The notes beneath the pieces were generated by a model that was not told the origin of the DNA, searched no databases, and saw only the letters and a list, made by a program, of their open reading frames with translations. A program made the translations under genes and the position numbers. Of a stretch of DNA of 53,176 nucleotides, positions 43,817-51,619 are shown piece by piece (the first letter of the stretch is position 1; each line of letters begins with the position of its first letter). The DNA lies in contig JABUSQ010000026.1 of assembly GCA_021442665.1 (NCBI GenBank), forward strand, positions 1-53,176. The letters are read 5' to 3'. The stretch comes from Oscillospiraceae bacterium. Its GTDB lineage: Bacteria > Bacillota > Clostridia > Oscillospirales > Oscillospiraceae.

Positions 43817-44899
43817 ATGAAAAGAAAACTAACGGCGCTGCTTATCATACTCTGCATGGTGCTGACCCTGCTGTGCGGCTGCGCACCGGAGGCTCCCGAC
43901 GGGAGCGGCGAAACGGTGAGCATAACAGACTGCGCAGGCAGAACGGTGGAGGTGCCGAAGGATCCCCGCTCTATCTGCTGCATATGCCCGTTTTCGGGAG
44001 CTATGATAGTGATGTTCGGCTTCGGAGACCGACTTACGACCTCCTGCAATAACATGGTGCGGAGCAGGCTGCTTACAAATATATGCCCTGCCATTGCCGA
44101 CACCGTGGTGGTGAAAAACAGCGGCAGTGTCAACGCCGAGACGGTGCTGGAGAAGAAAACCGACCTGATCTTCGTCAACGACGGGACCTATGAGACCGAT
44201 GACGAGCGGGCGAAGCTGGACGCACTTGGCATACCCTATGTGGTGGTGGGCTTCACCGACCTTGCAGGTCAGATGGAGGCCATGATGGTCATCGGACGGG
44301 CTCTCGGCGCCGAGGACAAGGCACAGAGCTACGTTGACTGGTGCAGGGGAGTGTATGCCGATGTTCAGGAAAAGCTTGAGGGTGCGGACACTGCATCTGT
44401 GCGGCTGTATCACGCCGTGAACGAGGCAACCCGTACCGATTACAGAGGAAGCATCTGCGCAGAATGGATAGCCATGACCGGGGTCACCAACGTCTCTCTT
44501 GACGGGGAGCTCAGCATGGAGAATGACAAGGCGTATGTGTCTCTGGAGCAGGTGTATTCATGGGCGCCGCAGATGATGATATGCAACGAACCCGGCGTGG
44601 ACGAATATATAATGTCCGACGGCAAATGGGCGGGATTGGAGTGCGTCCTCAGCGGCAGAGTGTATCAGATGCCCGTGGGCATCAGCCGCATGGGGCATCC
44701 AACCAGCACGGAGACGCCGCTTGCCCTGATTTGGCTTGCAAATCTTCTCTGTCCCGAGCTTTATCCCGTGGATTACCCGCAGGTGCTGAAGGATTATTAC
44801 AGGGATTTCTACGGCTATGAGCTTGATGACGAAACTGTGCAGGCGATAATAAGCGCCGAGGATATGCGTGCGGAAAAGACCAATTCGTCCGTGGAGTGA
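43817..44899 (+). CDS. Lipoprotein substrate-binding protein (periplasmic binding protein type 2, chelate class)
   Basis: 360 aa. Signal plus lipobox LTLLCGC. The ITDCAGRTVEVPKDPRSI start is typical of FepB/BtuF-like binding proteins. The protein is unusually Cys-rich. Confidence 0.8.
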   Translation: MKRKLTALLIILCMVLTLLCGCAPEAPDGSGETVSITDCAGRTVEVPKDPRSICCICPFSGAMIVMFGFGDRLTTSCNNMVRSRLLTNICPAIADTVVVKNSGSVNAETVLEKKTDLIFVNDGTYETDDERAKLDALGIPYVVVGFTDLAGQMEAMMVIGRALGAEDKAQSYVDWCRGVYADVQEKLEGADTASVRLYHAVNEATRTDYRGSICAEWIAMTGVTNVSLDGELSMENDKAYVSLEQVYSWAPQMMICNEPGVDEYIMSDGKWAGLECVLSGRVYQMPVGISRMGHPTSTETPLALIWLANLLCPELYPVDYPQVLKDYYRDFYGYELDDETVQAIISAEDMRAEKTNSSVE

Positions 44900-44902
44900 A
44901 AT

Positions 44903-45628
44903 ATGAAAATACTGATTTGCATTGACGATACCGATAATCTTGACAGCATCGGCACGGGTCAGCTTCTGGAGGACCTCTGCGCCGAGCTGGAGAACAGGGG
45001 ACTTGCGAAGGGTGGCTTTGTCACCCGGCATCAGCTCCTGATACATGAGGATATAGAATACACCTCCCACAACAGCTCCATGTGCTGTGAGGCGGAGACG
45101 GAGAGATTTGAGGAAGCCGTGTCCGCCGCCCGGGAGTATCTTGCAAAGCATTCGGCGGAGGGCAGCGACCCGGGTATCTGCGTGCTGAGGCTCGATACCG
45201 CAGCAGACATAGAGAAGCTCCGTGAGTTCGGCCGCAGAGCCCAGACGGAGGTGCTGAAAAAATCCGAGGCATACGAGACAGCGGCACTGTTTCCCGGGAG
45301 CCTCTGTCTGTCCGAGCACGGCGGCACCGGTGACGGTGTTATAGGAGCTCTTGCGGGAGTAGGGCTTCGCCTTACCGGCGAGGACGGCAGAGTCAAGGGA
45401 AAGATTCGCCCGAGGAAAGAGGACGAGGTGCTGACGGCGGCGGATTTCTGCTCTGTCTACAGTGTGGAGCAGATAGTCACCGAGGACGGAGAGCTTCTCA
45501 GCGGGGACGCCGTGCTGCATTTTTCCGAGCCCACCAAGGCGGTGTTCAGAGACAATAAGGTCACGCTGACAGTTCTGCGGGGCGATGGCTTTTGGATACC
45601 CAGACCGCACAGAGGGAATAAAAAATGA
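44903..45628 (+). CDS. Stand-alone protein resembling the N-terminal kinase (TCKD) domain of archaeal TiaS; function unknown
   Basis: 241 aa. MKILICIDDTDNLDSIGTG (IDDTD, Thr at position 18), GFVTRHQLL...IEYTSHNSS, DPGICV and GDGVIGALAGVG parallel the TiaS blocks as I remember them. It starts 4 nt after the binding-protein stop. Confidence 0.45.
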   Translation: MKILICIDDTDNLDSIGTGQLLEDLCAELENRGLAKGGFVTRHQLLIHEDIEYTSHNSSMCCEAETERFEEAVSAAREYLAKHSAEGSDPGICVLRLDTAADIEKLREFGRRAQTEVLKKSEAYETAALFPGSLCLSEHGGTGDGVIGALAGVGLRLTGEDGRVKGKIRPRKEDEVLTAADFCSVYSVEQIVTEDGELLSGDAVLHFSEPTKAVFRDNKVTLTVLRGDGFWIPRPHRGNKK

Positions 45629-45840
45629 GCGTCTGGGAAAAGGGAAAGCGGGGCATGCTCTTCACCAGCGGAAGAGAGGCCACCGGCACTGCTGCGGAGG
45701 AGGCGGAAAAATGCGAAAATTTTTCTCGGGATTATGAAGAGGAATGCTTTGCATTCGAGGATGTAAGCTGTTATAATTGCAGATACAGAAGATGGACCCG
45801 GGACAGCTTCGAGTGTATGAACAGGGAGAAAATGATATGA
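45625..45840 (+). CDS. Cys-rich 71-aa protein of unknown function
   Basis: ATGA overlaps at both ends (45625-45628 and 45837-45840). Five Cys residues, including CYNC, in an acidic/aromatic context. AGAGGGA RBS. Confidence 0.5.
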   Translation: MSVWEKGKRGMLFTSGREATGTAAEEAEKCENFSRDYEEECFAFEDVSCYNCRYRRWTRDSFECMNREKMI

Positions 45841-46526
45841 AAAAGCTTGCGACACTTTCAGCAGTGATTGTTCTGATATTATCCTTGGGCACGGCAGCCC
45901 TTGCCGACGGTGACGGAGACGGCTCCGGAGGCGGAAGCGGAGAGCCCCTTATGCTGGCGGGCAGCTCCGTCGCAGACGGAAGCACAGGTATTTCAACGGA
46001 CGTATATATAACCCTGACCTTCTCCAAAAATGTGGTGAATTTCACCGTAAAGGACAACAATGCGGCATGCATCAGCCTTACGGATTCTGCGGGAGGCACC
46101 GTTCCCGTGAGCGTGGTCATGGGTGACGATCAGGTGGACCCCGGCATCAAGCGTATAATCGGCGTGCAGACAAGCGGACTTAAGGAGGGTGAGACCTACA
46201 CCCTGAACATCAGCGGAGCTCTTACCTCAAAGAGCGGAGTGAGCCTCGGCAGTCCCATAGCCATCAGCTTCACAACCGCAGAGGCCGCCGTCGCCGAGCC
46301 GGACGAACCCGTCAGCAGCGAAGACACTCCCGAGGACGCCGAGGAAATGACGGGGGAAGGAGAAGACATCCTTCTGATTACTAGTGCAGAGGGAGTGGAC
46401 GCAGAGCTTGTTATCGCTCCCGCGCCCGAAGCTCCGGCAGACAACACACTGTGGATAGTCAACGGCGTATGCGCAGCGGTGCTGCTTGCGGCTTATCTCG
46501 CAACAAGAAAAAACATACATAATTAA
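45837..46526 (+). CDS. Secreted Ig-like (Big_5/SbsA-like) domain protein with C-terminal hydrophobic anchor
   Basis: I placed the start at ATG 45837 (MKKLATLSAVIVLILSLGTAALA). DGDGDGSGGGSG tract, one Ig-like module (DVYITLTFSKNVV...ETYTLNISG...ISFTT), an acidic stalk and the tail LWIVNGVCAAVLLAAYLATRKNIHN. Confidence 0.7.
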   Translation: MKKLATLSAVIVLILSLGTAALADGDGDGSGGGSGEPLMLAGSSVADGSTGISTDVYITLTFSKNVVNFTVKDNNAACISLTDSAGGTVPVSVVMGDDQVDPGIKRIIGVQTSGLKEGETYTLNISGALTSKSGVSLGSPIAISFTTAEAAVAEPDEPVSSEDTPEDAEEMTGEGEDILLITSAEGVDAELVIAPAPEAPADNTLWIVNGVCAAVLLAAYLATRKNIHN

Positions 46527-46550
46527 TAAAAAAGAAAAGGAGAAACAGAC

Positions 46551-47138
46551 ATGAAAAAGACGCTTTCCGCAGTGCTCGCTCTCGTTCTGACAATTGCTTT
46601 GCTGGCGTGCCCCGTTCTGGCGGCAGGCGATGGGTCCGGCGGCGGCTCCGGCGGTGGTACAAAGCAGCTTCAGGTGGTATCCGTAACTCTGGACGGCGCA
46701 GCTCTTGAGGGCGCAGAGGCATCCGCCGACGGTGTTATCACCGTCACCTTCTCCAACGGCATGGCAGACAACAGCGAGGCAACCAAGACGCTCATCGCAG
46801 TAAAGAACGCCGGGGGCGAGGATATGATGGCAGCCGTCAGCTACGACCCCGCAGTGAAGAGCGACTTCGTCGTCAGCTTCAGCGGACTTGAGGCGGGTGC
46901 ATACACTCTGGTCATCGGTGCAGACGCCAAGGCCAACAACGGCACGACGCTGGGCAAGGACTATACCGTAAGCTTCACCGTAGCCGCAGGGGCGGAAGCA
47001 CCGGAGCCCGCTCCCGAGGTAAAGCCCGAGGATGAAGCTCCCGCCACCGGCGAAAGCAAAGCGGTGTTTGCGGTTGCTGCCGTTGCTCTTCTGGGCGTGT
47101 TCGGCGCAGCATGGAGCCTGAAAAAAGCGGAAGACTGA
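46551..47138 (+). CDS. Secreted Ig-like (Big_5/SbsA-like) domain protein with xPxTG-type cell-wall sorting signal
   Basis: 195 aa. Signal peptide with a possible lipobox LLAC, a GDGSGGGSGGG tract and an Ig-like module (VITVTFSNGM...AYTLVIGA...VSFTV). APATG (47037-47051) is followed by a hydrophobic segment and KKAED. Confidence 0.7.
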   Translation: MKKTLSAVLALVLTIALLACPVLAAGDGSGGGSGGGTKQLQVVSVTLDGAALEGAEASADGVITVTFSNGMADNSEATKTLIAVKNAGGEDMMAAVSYDPAVKSDFVVSFSGLEAGAYTLVIGADAKANNGTTLGKDYTVSFTVAAGAEAPEPAPEVKPEDEAPATGESKAVFAVAAVALLGVFGAAWSLKKAED

Positions 47139-47163
47139 CAGCAGATAAATACATTAAAAGCTT

Positions 47164-47199
47164 AAAACGGCAGCACGCATGGCGCGCTGCCGCTTTTTT
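47164..47199 (+). terminator. Intrinsic terminator closing the ABC/surface-protein operon
   Basis: Stem cggcagc / gctgccg with an 11-nt loop, followed by cttttttc. Confidence 0.55.
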
Positions 47200-47317
47200 C
47201 GCCCGCCTGACGACTTAAATCTCAGAATTTATCATATTTGACTGCACCGGAAACGAAAAAACATGAAAAATTTTAAGCTTGCGACTTAAATTCGGCATAA
47301 TTTGGTATACAAGCATC

Positions 47318-47346
47318 TTGAAATGTACATTTTTCTCTGATAGAAT
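47318..47346 (+). promoter_or_regulatory. Candidate sigma-A promoter for galK-galT
   Basis: TTGAAA (47318-47323), a 17-nt spacer, then TAGAAT (47341-47346). It lies 32 nt upstream of the galK ATG. Confidence 0.45.
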
Positions 47347-47377
47347 ACCTTAAACATCAGAATCGGAGGAAGTGTAC

Positions 47378-48655
47378 ATGAAATATACTTTTGCCTCTCG
47401 AATAAAATCAGGGGAGACCGATGCTGCACTCTCTTACCTCTACGGCAAAAGAAATGCGGAAAGAGCCCGTGAAAGGTGCCTTCGCCTTTCAGCGGACTTT
47501 GAAAATATTTTCGGCTGCGAGCCGGAGGCGATATTCAGTGCACCGGGACGCTCGGAGCTGGGCGGAAATCACACCGACCACCAGTGCGGTCATGTGTTGG
47601 CGGCGGCTGTTGATCTTGACATACTTGCGGCGGTGAAGCCCAACGGCAGCGGAGTCATCCGTATGAAGTCCGAGGGCTACCCCATGATAACCGTGGATAC
47701 CGAGAGCCTCACTCCCGTTAAGAGAGAGGAGGCGACCTCCGAGGCACTGGTCAGAGGCGTTGCCTCCGCCTTTGCCGAAAAGGGAGTGGACATGAGCCGC
47801 TCGGGCTTTGACGCCTGCCTTGTGTCCGATGTCCCCGGCGGCAGCGGGCTGAGCTCCTCGGCGGCGTTTGAAATCCTTGTGGGAACCATATTCAACGAGC
47901 TGTATTTCGGCTCGACGGTTTCTCCCGTGGAGCTTGCAAAGATAGGTCAGAGGGCTGAGAATGTGTATTTCGGCAAGCCCTGCGGACTCATGGATCAGAT
48001 AGCCTGCTCCGTGGGAGGAGTTGCCGCGGTTGACCTGAAGGACCCTGCCGTACCGGTGGTGGAGAAGATAGATCTTGAGCTGGATTCTCTGGGCTACGCC
48101 CTGTGCATCATGGACTCCCACGCCAGCCATGCAGACCTCACCGACGAATACGCCGCCATTGCGGGAGAGATGGCTGCCGTGAGCCGCCACTTCGGAAAGC
48201 GCTTTCTGCGGGAGGTGCCCGAGGCGGATTTCCTTGCGGAGCTCAGCTCCGTAAGAGCCGAGACCGGGGACAGAGCCCTGCTCCGTGCGATGCATTTTTA
48301 CTCCGATGACAAGCTTGCGGTTTCAGAGGCGGAGTCTCTAAAAAACGGGGATTTTGACGGATTTCTCCGGCTCGTGAAGGAGTCGGGAAAATCATCTGCC
48401 ATGTACCTGCAGAATGTCGTTCCCACAGGTCACACGGAGGATCAGGCACTGATGCTGACGGTGGCACTGGCTGAGCGACTGCTGCTAGGCAGAGGTGCCG
48501 CCCGGGTACACGGCGGAGGCTTTGGAGGAACGGCACAGGCATATGTGCCGCTGGACATGCTGAATTCCTTCATAGAGGGCATGGAGGCTCTCCTGGGCGA
48601 GGGCAGCGTTCATGCTGTCCGTATCCGTCCCGTCGGAGGATACCGCATTATATAA
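47378..48655 (+). CDS. galK: Galactokinase (GHMP kinase)
   Basis: I placed the start at ATG 47378, with a GGAGG RBS 8 nt upstream. APGRSELGGNHTDHQ and the GHMP motif PGGSGLSSSAA. Confidence 0.9.
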   Translation: MKYTFASRIKSGETDAALSYLYGKRNAERARERCLRLSADFENIFGCEPEAIFSAPGRSELGGNHTDHQCGHVLAAAVDLDILAAVKPNGSGVIRMKSEGYPMITVDTESLTPVKREEATSEALVRGVASAFAEKGVDMSRSGFDACLVSDVPGGSGLSSSAAFEILVGTIFNELYFGSTVSPVELAKIGQRAENVYFGKPCGLMDQIACSVGGVAAVDLKDPAVPVVEKIDLELDSLGYALCIMDSHASHADLTDEYAAIAGEMAAVSRHFGKRFLREVPEADFLAELSSVRAETGDRALLRAMHFYSDDKLAVSEAESLKNGDFDGFLRLVKESGKSSAMYLQNVVPTGHTEDQALMLTVALAERLLLGRGAARVHGGGFGGTAQAYVPLDMLNSFIEGMEALLGEGSVHAVRIRPVGGYRII

Positions 48656-48664
48656 GGAGACGCT

Positions 48665-50158
48665 ATGGACAGAAATACTGCAATTGCACAGCTTACGGAA
48701 TATGCTCTGCGCAGCGGACTCATTGAGCCCTGTGAGAAAACATGGGCGGTGAATACCGTGCTGGACGTACTGAAGCTGGACAGCTTTGAGGAGTGCGGCG
48801 AGCTTCCCGGCGGGGTAGAGCTTGAGGAAGTGCTCGGGACTCTGCTGGACGACGCCGCAGAGCGGGGGATAGTGGAGGACGATATAAGCCACCGTGACCT
48901 GTTTGATACCGAGCTTATGGGCCGCCTTACCCCGAGACCTGCACAGGTCATTGCAAAATTTCGTGAGCTGTATGGGGAAAACCCCGAGAAAGCCACGGAC
49001 TGGTACTATAAATTCAGCATAGCCACGGATTATATACGCTCCTACCGTGTGAAAAAGGACATGAAGTGGACGGCTACCACCGAATACGGCGAGCTGGACA
49101 TCACGGTGAATCTCTCCAAGCCCGAGAAGGATCCCAAGGCCATCGCCGCAGCAAAGAAGGCTCCTCAGGGAGACTATCCTAAGTGTCAGCTCTGCCCCTC
49201 CAACGAGGGCTACGCAGGACGCATAAACCATCCCGCAAGGCAGAATCACCGAATCATCCCCATCACGATAGACGGCAGGGAATGGTTTTTCCAATACAGC
49301 CCCTATGTCTACTATAACGAGCACTGCATAGTCTTTAATAAGCAGCACGTCCCAATGGTCATCGACCGTTCCGCCTTCCGCAAGCTGTTGGATTTTGTCA
49401 GGCAGTTCCCCCATTATTTTGTGGGCTCCAACGCAGACCTGCCCATCGTGGGCGGATCGATTCTCAGCCACGACCATTTCCAGGGCGGACGCTACGATTT
49501 TGCCATGGCTAAGGCTCCCGTGGAGCGGGAGATATCCTTTGCAGGCTTTGAGGATGTATCGGCGGGCATCGTAAAGTGGCCCATGTCGGTCATTCGTCTG
49601 CGCTGCGCCGATTCAGAACGCCTTGCGGAGCTGGCAGATAAGATACTTCTGCGCTGGCGGGGCTACACGGACGAAGCCGCCTTCATCTTTGCGGAGACGG
49701 AGGGTGAGCCTCACAACACCATTACCCCCATCGCAAGACGGCGGGGAGAGGATTACGAGCTGGATCTGGTCCTTCGTAATAATATAACCACCGAGGAGCA
49801 TCCTCTGGGCGTATACCATCCCCATCAGGAGCTGCACCACATAAAGAAGGAGAATATCGGACTTATTGAGGTGATGGGTCTGGCGGTACTGCCCGCAAGA
49901 CTGAAGACCGAGCTATCCGAGCTTGGAGAAGCTCTGGTGGCGGGGAGAGATATCCGCTTCGATGAGACACTCTCAAAGCATGCCGACTGGGCGGAGGCAC
50001 TCAGGGAGAAATACAGCTTCACCGCAGACAATGCGGACGGCATACTGAAGTATGAGGTCGGCAGGGTGTTTGCCGAGGTGCTTGAGCACGCAGGTGTGTT
50101 CAAGCGCACCGTTTCGGGTCAGGAGGCATTTCTGCGCTTTGTCGCAGACTGCCGGTAA
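48665..50158 (+). CDS. galT: Galactose-1-phosphate uridylyltransferase (long, Gram-positive type)
   Basis: 497 aa. SILSHDHFQGGRY (HxHxQ). It lies directly after galK. Confidence 0.9.
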   Translation: MDRNTAIAQLTEYALRSGLIEPCEKTWAVNTVLDVLKLDSFEECGELPGGVELEEVLGTLLDDAAERGIVEDDISHRDLFDTELMGRLTPRPAQVIAKFRELYGENPEKATDWYYKFSIATDYIRSYRVKKDMKWTATTEYGELDITVNLSKPEKDPKAIAAAKKAPQGDYPKCQLCPSNEGYAGRINHPARQNHRIIPITIDGREWFFQYSPYVYYNEHCIVFNKQHVPMVIDRSAFRKLLDFVRQFPHYFVGSNADLPIVGGSILSHDHFQGGRYDFAMAKAPVEREISFAGFEDVSAGIVKWPMSVIRLRCADSERLAELADKILLRWRGYTDEAAFIFAETEGEPHNTITPIARRRGEDYELDLVLRNNITTEEHPLGVYHPHQELHHIKKENIGLIEVMGLAVLPARLKTELSELGEALVAGRDIRFDETLSKHADWAEALREKYSFTADNADGILKYEVGRVFAEVLEHAGVFKRTVSGQEAFLRFVADCR

Positions 50159-50220
50159 TTTCGTACTGAATCCCCGACAGGGGATTACAGATAGCAAAAA
50201 TTCAGAAAAGGAGAATATGT

Positions 50221-51591
50221 ATGGAACAATTGCAGAAATTGTCATGGAAAGCCAAGCTCAGCTTTGGTCTCGGCGCATTCGGTAAGGACGCCGTCTACGC
50301 CATAGTTTCCACCTTCCTGATGTACTACCTCACAGACGTCAGGTTCGTTGCCCCCGCATTCGTAGGTACCCTCTTCCTGGTGGCACGTATATTCGATGCC
50401 ATCAACGACCCCCTCATGGGTGTTATCGTTGACAACACCCGCTCAAAATTCGGACGCTTCCGCCCCTGGATAATGATAGGCACGGTGCTCAACGCCATCG
50501 TTCTTGTGCTTCTGTACTTAAACGTTGATCTGTCCGGCAAGTCCTACGCCATCTACGTTGCCGTGCTCTACATACTCTGGGGCATGACCTACACCATCGA
50601 GGATATCCCCTACTGGTCCATGGTTCCCGCTCTCTCCGAGGACCCTCAGGAGCGTGACCAGATATCCTCCATCCCCCGCTTCTTCGCCTCCTGCGCATGG
50701 CTTATCGTAGGCTCCGCAGGCTTCTCCATCATCGCATTTCTGGGCAAGGGCGACAGTGCAACCGGCTTCTCCCGCTTTGCAATGATAATCGCCGTGCTCT
50801 TCGTGGTGGCCTCCACCATCACCTGCCTAAACTGCAAGGAAGCCCGTGATGTTCCCCCCACCGCAGAGAAGACCACCGTTAAGCGCATGCTGGACATACT
50901 TTTCAAGAACGATCAGGTGCTCGTAATGCTGGGAATCGCCGTGCTCTTCAATCTGGGCTACCAGCTTGAGAACAGCTTCGCCACCTACTACTTCAAGTAC
51001 GTTGCGGGAAGCTGGAACGGCGCACTTTTCTCCGTGTATACCGGTGTGGCGGGCATAGCTCAGATGGCAACGCTGGCTCTGTTCCCAACCATAGCCATGA
51101 AAATCGGCCGTCCCAAGGTGTTCTTTGCCGCCATGGCAGCACAGGTCATCGGCTTCGGACTGCTCTTCGGTCTGGGTTTCGTGGGCGGCGGCTACACTGC
51201 GGTTTCCGTAGGTGTCTGCTCCGCTATCGTAAATATCGGTGTGGGCTTCATGCTGGTTCTCGTCACCGTATCTCTGGCAGATGTTGTCGACTACGGCGAA
51301 TATAAGTTCGGCACCAGAAACGAAGCCATCATCTTCTCCATGCAGACCTTCGTCGTCAAGCTTGCCGGCGCGGTCTCCGGTCTTATCTCCGGTATCGGCC
51401 TGACCCTCATCGGCTACGTTGCAGAGCAGGAGCAGACCGCCGGTGCGATCAACGGCATGCGCATAATCATGCTGGTGGTTCCCGCAGTCCTCGCCGTCAT
51501 CACTTACCTCATCTATGTGAAGGGCTACAAGCTTCGGGGCAGCTTCCTTGACGAGGTCAAGAGCACCATAGCCGCAAAGAACGCACAGTAA
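50221..51591 (+). CDS. Glycoside-pentoside-hexuronide (GPH):cation symporter
   Basis: 456 aa, 12 TM segments. KLSFGLGAFGKD and DNTRSKFGRFRPWIM are GPH/MelB/LacS signatures. Confidence 0.85.
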   Translation: MEQLQKLSWKAKLSFGLGAFGKDAVYAIVSTFLMYYLTDVRFVAPAFVGTLFLVARIFDAINDPLMGVIVDNTRSKFGRFRPWIMIGTVLNAIVLVLLYLNVDLSGKSYAIYVAVLYILWGMTYTIEDIPYWSMVPALSEDPQERDQISSIPRFFASCAWLIVGSAGFSIIAFLGKGDSATGFSRFAMIIAVLFVVASTITCLNCKEARDVPPTAEKTTVKRMLDILFKNDQVLVMLGIAVLFNLGYQLENSFATYYFKYVAGSWNGALFSVYTGVAGIAQMATLALFPTIAMKIGRPKVFFAAMAAQVIGFGLLFGLGFVGGGYTAVSVGVCSAIVNIGVGFMLVLVTVSLADVVDYGEYKFGTRNEAIIFSMQTFVVKLAGAVSGLISGIGLTLIGYVAEQEQTAGAINGMRIIMLVVPAVLAVITYLIYVKGYKLRGSFLDEVKSTIAAKNAQ

Positions 51592-51619
51592 TTAGTAACA
51601 ATGAGAGGAGAGCCTGGTA

